The notes under the pieces: model-generated | What the model was told of the DNA's origin: nothing | Databases searched by the model: none | The model's input: the letters and a program-made list of their open reading frames with translations, nothing else | Assembly: GCA_017405765.1 (NCBI GenBank) | Contig: JAFQZS010000042.1 | Location: 687-64,686, forward strand | Source: Clostridia bacterium | GTDB lineage: Bacteria > Bacillota > Clostridia > Oscillospirales > RGIG577 | Length of the DNA stretch: 64,000 nt | Direction: 5' to 3' | Shown: in pieces, positions 40,173 through 46,945 of the stretch | Numbering within the stretch: position 1 is the first letter of the stretch | How the letters are laid out: each line of letters opens with the position of its first letter | Position numbers and translations under genes: made by a program

Positions 40173-40248
40173 GTGAGAAATTGACGGTCATTCGTCAAAG
40201 CCTTCTTCCCGCGTTTCCTGTTGCCCACAGGCGCGGGATTTTCTTTTG
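40173..40248 (+). ncRNA. Candidate antisense small RNA upstream of the initiator gene
   Basis: Consensus TTGACA (40137-40142), 18-nt spacer, TATAAT (40161-40166). Hairpin ttgacg/cgtcaa (40181-40198). Terminator cccgcg..cctgt/acagg cgcggg (40208-40237) plus auuuucuuuu. Confidence 0.4.
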
Positions 40249-40250
40249 CC

Positions 40251-40505
40251 CTATACGTCATTTTCGCCACCCCTCGCATCAAACAGATCTTCGGCGTGTC
40301 TGTCCAAAATCTTTTTACTGCTCGCTAATAGTTCGCTTAACGCGTACATACACGACAGCGCGCCCCCGTCATCTACTTTGTTTGAGCTTATGTTAAAACG
40401 ACTTTCTAAAACAAATAGGCTTACTTTTTGAAGCCCCTCGCATATCTCCAACGTTGAATATACGGCCTCTATATCGTCTATGGCTTTTGAAATATCCATG
40501 TTCAT
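40251..40505 (-). CDS. Hypothetical protein
   Basis: Start refined to ATG 40505 (AAGGGGG SD 8 nt upstream). 84 aa with no motif recognised. Confidence 0.6.
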   Translation of the reverse strand: MNMDISKAIDDIEAVYSTLEICEGLQKVSLFVLESRFNISSNKVDDGGALSCMYALSELLASSKKILDRHAEDLFDARGGENDV

Positions 40506-40518
40506 TATTTTTGCCCCC

Positions 40519-40770
40519 TTATAAGACATATTTTTTCAATTCCGTTTCTAACGGCACTTCGCGGCTTTCGTATAATTTCCGTGCGACGTCTGTTACTCTC
40601 CACCTAAGCCGCCCGTTAATACGGACGGCCGGCAGATCTTGCGCCCACTTTTTGCCCGTGGCGGGCTTCACCGCGCCTATTTCGCGCGTAATGTCCGCAA
40701 GCGTCATAGCCCCGCCGTAAAGCTCCCTAAGCTCACGTACAAGAGCTTTTTCTTCCCGTGTCTGTCTCAT
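40519..40770 (-). CDS. Small DNA-binding protein, possible excisionase
   Basis: 83 aa. GGGGGGTGA SD. MTLADITREIGAVKPATGKKWAQDLPAVRINGRLRW resembles Xis/MerR-like wHTH proteins. Its position between cro-like and replication genes fits that role. Confidence 0.5.
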   Translation of the reverse strand: MRQTREEKALVRELRELYGGAMTLADITREIGAVKPATGKKWAQDLPAVRINGRLRWRVTDVARKLYESREVPLETELKKYVL

Positions 40771-40990
40771 TCGTTTTCACCCCCCTTCCGTCTGCCGCTT
40801 CATCGAAGAGATATTCAATGCTCAGCGGTGAGAAAAACGCTTTGTGAATTGCCAGTGCTTCCGCAACCGAAAACTCCGACACGCCGCAGATTTTGTTACG
40901 CACACTTTTGGGGGAGCACCCTAATACCTTTTGAATGTCTTTATTTCGCACCCCCGCGCGCGCCATTTCCGCCTTTAAATTCGCTTTCAT
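40733..40990 (-). CDS. XRE-family HTH protein (Cro-like)
   Basis: 85 aa. MARAGVRNKDIQKVLGCSPKSVRNKICGVSEFSVAEALAI HTH. First gene of the leftward operon. Confidence 0.75.
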   Translation of the reverse strand: MKANLKAEMARAGVRNKDIQKVLGCSPKSVRNKICGVSEFSVAEALAIHKAFFSPLSIEYLFDEAADGRGVKTNETDTGRKSSCT

Positions 40991-41031
40991 TTTTTGCGCC
41001 CCCTTTCACCCTAAAAGGTTATTATACGGGC

Positions 41032-41060
41032 ATTTTACACCTTATTAGGGGATATGTCAA
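41032..41060 (-). promoter_or_regulatory. Leftward (cro-like) early promoter
   Basis: Minus strand reads TTGACA (41060-41055), a 17-nt spacer, then TAAAAT (41037-41032). It is divergent from a weaker TTTACA-17-TAAGCT (41091-41119) serving the cI-like gene. Confidence 0.6.
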
Positions 41061-41140
41061 CACTTTTTTACCCTTTACGGGAAATTTTTCTTTACAAGTT
41101 CGTCTTTTTGCGTTAAGCTAAAAATAAGGAGTGACGCAAA

Positions 41141-41467
41141 ATGACATTAGAAGAACAATTAAAAGCCATAATCTTAGAACAATACAAGAGCATACGCGCC
41201 TTTGCGCAAGAAATCGGCGTACCATACTCAACGCTTGATAATATCTTAAAGCGGCCAAACGGCATAAATAACGCCGGCGTAAGCCTCATGCTAAAAATTT
41301 TCAACGCATTAAACCTTGATATCGAAAGCACACAGACGGGCACCCTTACTCCAAAAATGCAGACGGAAATTGACCCCGAACCTTTAATTGATGCTATAAA
41401 TAAGGTTTTAAGCGAACAAATAAAGGAACAAATCTGCCGAAAGCTACGGAAAAATAAAAGCGAATAA
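41141..41467 (+). CDS. XRE-family HTH repressor (CI-like)
   Basis: 108 aa. SIRAFAQEIGVPYSTLDNILKRPNG HTH. Divergent from the cro-like gene and upstream of int. Confidence 0.8.
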   Translation: MTLEEQLKAIILEQYKSIRAFAQEIGVPYSTLDNILKRPNGINNAGVSLMLKIFNALNLDIESTQTGTLTPKMQTEIDPEPLIDAINKVLSEQIKEQICRKLRKNKSE

Positions 41468-41522
41468 GGCATCGTCGAAAACTCATATAAGCCGCTTCAA
41501 AGTATAAAAAAGAGGTGCAGAC

Positions 41523-42578
41523 ATGAAGATACCGAAAATAAGAAAGCTAGCGTCAGGCGCGTACACTTGCCAGCTTCGCATAAACGGGCAAAGCATAAGT
41601 ATAACCGATTATGACAAAAAGAAAGTTGAACGGCTTGCCGTGGGATATAAAACGGGCATAATAAAAGCCCGCCGTGCGCCGGAACGTATAACCGTAGGCG
41701 AAGCGGTCAACAGATACGCGGAAGAAAAGCGCAACATACTTTCACCGGCCACGGTAAGAGAATATAAGCGCGTAGCACGCACTGACCTTGCCGACATTGC
41801 ATATATGCCCATTGAGGCAATAGCGAAGCAAAGGCCGCTTCAGCGTTTCATAAATGACTTTGCCGCCGACCATTCGCCTAAGAGCGTTCTCAATGTTTAT
41901 AGCCTGCTCACAGCCGCATTAAAAAACGCCGGAGCCGATTTGAGCGATATAAGCGTAACGCTCCCCGAAAAGCATAAGACAAGGCAGCGCACACCCACGG
42001 AACGCGATATAAGCCGCCTTATCGCCTCTATAACGGGCACTCCGCTTGAGGTGCCCGTATACCTTGCCGCGTTCGGTTCGCTGCGCAGAAGCGAAATTTG
42101 CGCCCTCAGGCGCGAAGATATAGCCGATACGGGCGTATGGATAACAAAAGCGTGCGTTAGAAACGATAAAAACAAATGGATCATAAAAGTGCCGAAAGAA
42201 GTTGAAAGCGCACGACATGCCGCGCTGCCGCCTGCCGTTGTAAAAAAGCTGAAGGCCTTGCCGGAAAACAGCCCCGTCACGCAGTTAAACCCTAATCAAA
42301 TCACTATGCGCTTTAATAGACTGCTCAAAAAAGAGGGAATACCCGCGTTCCGCTTCCACGATCTGCGCGCATATTGGGCAAGCGTAGCACACGCGGCAGG
42401 AATGCCGGATTATTACTTGATGAAAAACGGCGGATGGTCTACCATGGAAACGCCGCGTAAACATTATATGCGCGATATGTCGGAGCTTATAACACCGGCG
42501 CAAGACGCCGCGCAGAGCCATTTTGAAAGCCTTCTCGAAGCGGAAAAAGAGGAGAAAAAAATAAAGCTTGTTTTGTGA
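41523..42578 (+). CDS. int: Tyrosine-type site-specific integrase
   Basis: 351 aa. Catalytic signature FGSLRRSEICAL (R), HDLRAYWAS (HxxR) and GWSTMETPRKHYMR (Y). SAM-like N-terminal domain. Confidence 0.92.
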   Translation: MKIPKIRKLASGAYTCQLRINGQSISITDYDKKKVERLAVGYKTGIIKARRAPERITVGEAVNRYAEEKRNILSPATVREYKRVARTDLADIAYMPIEAIAKQRPLQRFINDFAADHSPKSVLNVYSLLTAALKNAGADLSDISVTLPEKHKTRQRTPTERDISRLIASITGTPLEVPVYLAAFGSLRRSEICALRREDIADTGVWITKACVRNDKNKWIIKVPKEVESARHAALPPAVVKKLKALPENSPVTQLNPNQITMRFNRLLKKEGIPAFRFHDLRAYWASVAHAAGMPDYYLMKNGGWSTMETPRKHYMRDMSELITPAQDAAQSHFESLLEAEKEEKKIKLVL

Positions 42579-42680
42579 TTGCCGTGCGCTTTTATCCCCT
42601 TTTATCCCTTAAAATTGCTAACAAAAATGCTAACGCTTTTTAAAAAACGCAGTAATTACGCGGATTTTCAGCCTTTCGTT

Positions 42681-42712
42681 TGCAGGTTCAAGTCCTGTCA
42701 CCCGCACCAATA
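42681..42712 (+). repeat. attR core (displaced tRNA-Leu 3' end)
   Basis: Identical 32-mer to 34136-34167. Confidence 0.9.
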
Positions 42713-42772
42713 AGGTCGTCATGCTCCATCGGGGCATGTCGGCCTTTTCTTATTGTGACAGGACTTGAACCT
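42684..42772. repeat. tRNA-derived inverted repeat unit A
   Basis: aggttcaagtcctgtcac (42684-42701) and its exact reverse complement gtgacaggacttgaacct (42755-42772) flank a terminator-like hairpin. Confidence 0.8.
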
Positions 42773-42979
42773 TATGAAGGCGATGAGTGCGAGCGCTGCC
42801 GGTGGCAGATGAAGCGAGCATGAATCGGCGCAGCGGTCGTAAAGCGGGCTGCCGCAAGGCGGCGGCGTGATTCGGGCACCGCAAGAGAAGACGTTAAGAA
42901 AACAGTCCGGTGGACTGTTTTCAGGCGGCCGGAGCGCGGACGGCTGTGCCGTCAAGCTCGGCAGATGCTCTGCATCTGC

Positions 42980-43063
42980 GGTCCTGTCACCCGCGCCACG
43001 AAAGACCGTCATGCTCCATCGGAGCATGGCGGTCTTTTTGTATTGTGACAGGACTTGAACCTT
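42980..43063. repeat. tRNA-derived repeat unit B (direct repeat of unit A)
   Basis: gtcctgtcacccgcGcca..., then a perfect 14-bp-stem terminator gaccgtcatgctcc/ggagcatggcggtc (43004-43034) plus ttttt, then tattgtgacaggacttgaacctt. It matches unit A at most positions by eye, 290 bp downstream. Confidence 0.75.
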
Positions 43064-43176
43064 GTTTTTTACGTAAGTATTGCTTTATTCGCTTATGTAT
43101 TATATTATAATATCAGGATGATAGCCCATAGTTTTACTTGACCTTACGATCACGAACACGCAAAGGAGGATGCTTA

Positions 43177-44316
43177 ATGAAACGCATCGTTTTACGCATT
43201 ACCCTGCTATGTTTCCTTTTTATGCTTATTCTGCCCTCCTCCGCGCTGGGGGACACGCAGCCGCGAAACTCATGCGGAGAAAATCTTACGTGGGAGCTTA
43301 ATGAGGAAAGCGGAGTTCTGACCATAACAGGCACCGGAGCTATGCCGAAATATGTATCAAATACCATGAACCGCATCTTCGATGCGCCTCCTTGGTGGTA
43401 TAAACGTGACATGATCCGCTCAGTCGTTTTTGAGGAAGGCGCTACCGAGATCGGCGAGTGCGCTTTCTATGGCTGCGAAAATCTTACCAATGTTCATCTG
43501 CCCGATACGCTCGAGACGATCCACAATTCGGCATTCTCCGGCTGCTCTGCTCTCAAAAAAATAAATTTCCCGGGCAGCCTTAAATATATCTACTCCAATG
43601 CGTTTGCCGACTGCTCGAGTCTTGAAAGCGTGGATTTCCCCGAAGGCATTGAGACGATAAACGGCTTTAGTGACTGCACGGGACTTACGTCTGTGACCAT
43701 TCCCGAAAGCGTGACGACTCTTGGAGCCAACAGCTTCATGGGATGCGAAAATCTTGTGACTGCAGTCATCGGCCGCGGAGTCACGACGATTAAGGGCAGT
43801 GTTTTTCGTGACTGTGTAAGCCTTAAAAGCGTGAGAATACCCGACACTGTTACAAAGATCGAATCATTCGCTTTTTCCGGATGCCCCGACCTTGAAGACG
43901 TATATTACGAAGGCACGGAAACTCAGTGGAAAAATGTCGATATCTCCTTCTATTCTCGCCTTGTGGGCACTCCCGACGACGTAAACGACGCCATGAGCAC
44001 GGCCCGCATCCATTACGATATGTACGAGCCCGCGGCCTGGGCGCAGTATGACCGCTATCACGATATCATGATATGGGATCCCGCTCTGCTCGCCGAAACG
44101 TATGTTTATGCCGAAGGCGCGGCCGAAGCCTTCAGCGTTTCCTATGACGCAGAGGGACAATTCCTTGAGGTAGAGCATCATACGCTTGTCTCGGGTGAAA
44201 TCAACTTCGTGACATTCGAAGTGCCCGAGGAAGCCGCAACCGTGAAGGTTTTCGTCTTTGACGAAACTTTTGCCCCCCTTTGTCCATGCGCCTTTGTAAC
44301 TACATTGGTTGAATGA
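43177..44316 (+). CDS. Secreted BspA-type leucine-rich-repeat protein
   Basis: Start refined to ATG 43177 (AAAGGAGGA SD; signal peptide MKRIVLRITLLCFLFMLILPSSALG). LRRs of the form IxxxAFxxCxxLxxV. The C-terminus carries the shared module. Confidence 0.85.
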   Translation: MKRIVLRITLLCFLFMLILPSSALGDTQPRNSCGENLTWELNEESGVLTITGTGAMPKYVSNTMNRIFDAPPWWYKRDMIRSVVFEEGATEIGECAFYGCENLTNVHLPDTLETIHNSAFSGCSALKKINFPGSLKYIYSNAFADCSSLESVDFPEGIETINGFSDCTGLTSVTIPESVTTLGANSFMGCENLVTAVIGRGVTTIKGSVFRDCVSLKSVRIPDTVTKIESFAFSGCPDLEDVYYEGTETQWKNVDISFYSRLVGTPDDVNDAMSTARIHYDMYEPAAWAQYDRYHDIMIWDPALLAETYVYAEGAAEAFSVSYDAEGQFLEVEHHTLVSGEINFVTFEVPEEAATVKVFVFDETFAPLCPCAFVTTLVE

Positions 44317-44355
44317 CATTTTTTATTGTATTCCCAACAGACGATAAAACAATGC

Positions 44356-44389
44356 GCCCCGCCTGTTTGAAGTTTACAGGCGGGGCTTT
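44356..44389. terminator. Bidirectional terminator between convergent genes
   Basis: Perfect 11-bp stem gccccgcctgt/acaggcggggc, with a T-run on the plus side. Confidence 0.7.
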
Positions 44390-44403
44390 CGTATGCTTTT
44401 TTA

Positions 44404-45825
44404 TCACTTCTTCTTGTCGCCCACGACGAAAGCGCGGCGCTTCATGCTTCCCCATGACGACTTGTTCTTTCTGTATCCCCAAGTCGCCTCGACCTTATAT
44501 ATCGAGTTTAACTGTCTGTATCCGAAATTGTCTATTATAGCATACAGATACAGCTTGAGTATCTGGCTTATCTTCGGATATTTGCGGAAGGTCTTCTCCT
44601 CCATGAGCAGGGCTCCCGTCGAAAGGATTATGCCGTACAGTACAGCCACCAAGAAGAAGCTTATCATAAAATGAATATTGATGACGCCCAATATAAAGGA
44701 TATGGGTACGGAGATGTATCCCATTACCTCAAAGATAGGACCGATAAGCTCAAATATCCAGAAATACGGCAGGCAAAAAAGTCCCACGCGCCCGTATTTG
44801 GCACGAAAAGCCATATCCTTGTGTCTTAAAAGCGTATCTATGAGACCAATGTGCCAGCGCTTGCGCTGCTTTTTTAAGTCGCCCAGATTATCGGGCGGCT
44901 GCGTCCAGCAGACGGGGTCAGGCAGGAACTTAATGGAGTATACGCGCCCATTTTTCATCATATTCTTATGAAGCTTTACTACAAGCTCCATGTCCTCGCC
45001 TATGCAGCGCGGCGTATATCCTCCGGCGTCGATGACTACCTGCTTATTGAACGCGCCGAACGCTCCCGATATTATAAGGAGCATACCCATTTTATGAAAG
45101 CCTATCCTGCCCGTAAGGAAAGCCCTGAGATACTCGTTCGTTTGAAGCATCAAAAGCGGATTGCCCGAAAGATCTATCTCGTGAAGCTCGCCGTCAACTA
45201 TCTCGCATCCGCTTGCGATCCTTATAATTCCACCTACTGCGACGCATTTCGGGTCTATCATAAAGGCGTATATTATCTTAGCGAGTGACGATTTCTCAAG
45301 TATCGAGTCGGCGTCGATGGAAACGAAAACGGGATACATCGATATGTTTATCCCCGCGTTCAAAGCGTCTGCCTTTCCTCCGTTTTCCTTATCTACTACG
45401 ACAAGATTGGGATAAGCCGCCGAACGGTAAATATCCCTGACCTTTTGAGTGGGTATTGACCGCTTATACGGCTGATCTATCTTTATAAGGTGAAATGCGT
45501 CCTTTAAAAGCTCAAGCGTGTTGTCCTTAGATCCGTCGTTGATAACTATGACCTCATAGTGGCCGAAATCGAGGGACAAGAGGTTCTTCGTATTGTCTAC
45601 GATAGTCGCAGATTCGTTATACGCGGGAACGAGCACGCTTATAGGCACCATATTATCCGAGAAAACGAAACGCGCATAGTCGGTATATTTCATGGATCGG
45701 CTGTATTCGCCAAGGCCGCTTACGGCGCATATGAGCTGTATAAGGTATATCGTGCTTATGGCAAGCACGTAAAACAGGGAAACATAGTTTATCACCATTA
45801 CTATATCGTAAAGACTTATGCTCAT
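44404..45825 (-). CDS. Processive family-2 glycosyltransferase (PgaC/IcaA/cellulose-synthase-like polysaccharide synthase)
   Basis: 473 aa. N-terminal and C-terminal TM helices. VLVPAYNE, NDGSKD, DADS and GEDMEL motifs and the processive-synthase motif QRKRW. The ATG overlaps the upstream stop (ATGA at 45822-45825). Confidence 0.85.
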   Translation of the reverse strand: MSISLYDIVMVINYVSLFYVLAISTIYLIQLICAVSGLGEYSRSMKYTDYARFVFSDNMVPISVLVPAYNESATIVDNTKNLLSLDFGHYEVIVINDGSKDNTLELLKDAFHLIKIDQPYKRSIPTQKVRDIYRSAAYPNLVVVDKENGGKADALNAGINISMYPVFVSIDADSILEKSSLAKIIYAFMIDPKCVAVGGIIRIASGCEIVDGELHEIDLSGNPLLMLQTNEYLRAFLTGRIGFHKMGMLLIISGAFGAFNKQVVIDAGGYTPRCIGEDMELVVKLHKNMMKNGRVYSIKFLPDPVCWTQPPDNLGDLKKQRKRWHIGLIDTLLRHKDMAFRAKYGRVGLFCLPYFWIFELIGPIFEVMGYISVPISFILGVINIHFMISFFLVAVLYGIILSTGALLMEEKTFRKYPKISQILKLYLYAIIDNFGYRQLNSIYKVEATWGYRKNKSSWGSMKRRAFVVGDKKK

Positions 45826-46934
45826 GCCGGCACCTCCGCTGCAAGCAGCCTTTTTCTCTCAAGCATATAATTCATCATCTCATAGGCGAACTTGTCGCCC
45901 AGCGCCCTTGCGTCGGCAAGCAGGCTCTCATGTCCCGAAAGCTCGCTCAAAGCCTGCGCCGCATGGAAGCGCACCCACCATTCGCTGTCGCACAGACACG
46001 AAAGCAGGTGATCGTAGCAGTCGTCCGGGCATATCTGTGAAAGAGCCGTTACCGCCGTGCTTCTCACGCTCCATGCGCTGTGCTTCGTTCTCTCCCGTAT
46101 GACGTCGGCGGCAGGGCGATAACGCATTTTACCGAGCGAACGTATGCTTTCTATCATAAGGTTAATGTTTTCAGACGAAAGATACGGCTCGATCTCGTGA
46201 CACATATCGCGTATCTCCTCCGCGCCCACGCCTCTTATGCATACGCGGGTCACGTATACGTCGCAGTCGATCCCCAAAAGCTCATGATAGAGCTTTGCGT
46301 GGTCGCCGGCGTAGTTGTCGAAAAGCTCCTGAAGCTGCCTGAACGACAATATTATTCTGAATTTCTTATCGGAGAAAAGCGAGATAAGTTTTTCCTCGCA
46401 GCCGCACATGAACAGCGCAAGCATGCTTATCTCCTGAATGTCAGCCGAGCTGTTCCATCTGTAAAGGTTTTCATATACCTCGTCCTCAAAGCCCGTAAGC
46501 TTAAGGTCTGCAATAAGCTTTGTAAACACGCCCACCTGCGCCACATTTCCCGAATGCAGCTTTTTATGTATGTGCGCGCCGTACCATTCGTCGCGCAGTA
46601 TCATATTTCGAAGAGTATCCCTCTGCTCGGGTGTAATATCCGCAACGACCATTGACAACGCTACGGTGCCTCGTCCGGAGCGTATGCCCTTTATATCCCT
46701 GAGCGTCTTTTTCTCTCCCTTTTCGTCAAGCAGGCTGTATATCTGCTCCCGTCTGTACTCCAAGTCTTGGTTTACGCTGAGTATGCGCATTATCCATCTT
46801 TTTATCCGTTCTACCCTTATTTTGTTCGACGTTGAGATAATATGCAGTATAAACAGCAAAAGCGTGAACAATATAAGAATGCCCGCCATTCCTATTATAA
46901 GAACGTCGATAAATATCTGTACCCACTCGTGCAC
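45822..46934 (-). CDS. Membrane-anchored HEAT-repeat protein
   Basis: 370 aa. GTG start with AGGGGGA SD overlapping the upstream stop. N-terminal TM helix. C-terminal HEAT/PBS-lyase-type repeats (SAWSVRSTAVTALSQI...DSEWWVRFHAAQALSEL). Confidence 0.75.
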   Translation of the reverse strand: MHEWVQIFIDVLIIGMAGILILFTLLLFILHIISTSNKIRVERIKRWIMRILSVNQDLEYRREQIYSLLDEKGEKKTLRDIKGIRSGRGTVALSMVVADITPEQRDTLRNMILRDEWYGAHIHKKLHSGNVAQVGVFTKLIADLKLTGFEDEVYENLYRWNSSADIQEISMLALFMCGCEEKLISLFSDKKFRIILSFRQLQELFDNYAGDHAKLYHELLGIDCDVYVTRVCIRGVGAEEIRDMCHEIEPYLSSENINLMIESIRSLGKMRYRPAADVIRERTKHSAWSVRSTAVTALSQICPDDCYDHLLSCLCDSEWWVRFHAAQALSELSGHESLLADARALGDKFAYEMMNYMLERKRLLAAEVPA

Positions 46935-46945
46935 CTGTACTCCCC

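Larger units (their letters stand above)
34136..42712. mobile_element. Integrated element at tRNA-Leu (8,577 bp) with integrase, lysogeny-switch, replication and regulatory modules; satellite/PICI-like or integrative replicon
   Basis: Bounded by perfect 32-bp direct repeats. The tyrosine integrase is next to the right repeat. Paired TGCTAAC arm-type motifs lie inside both ends. Gene content is phage-like but lacks structural genes. Confidence 0.85.

Noticed and set aside
42774-43003. Asked whether the GC-rich hairpin-rich segment ending in gtcctgtcacccgcgcca could be a tmRNA or other tRNA-like RNA gene.
   Set aside because: No 5' partner (gcgggtg) for the acceptor stem. The T-loop sequence is replaced by an unrelated 8-bp hairpin. 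No resume-codon or tag ORF is recognisable. It is treated as an att-site remnant or unknown structure instead.
42719-43027. 102-aa minus-strand ORF and short plus-strand ORFs across the tRNA-derived repeat region.
   Set aside because: The ORF spans terminator hairpins and tRNA fragments. It is Pro/Ala/Ser/Cys-rich with no SD, so it is more likely non-coding.
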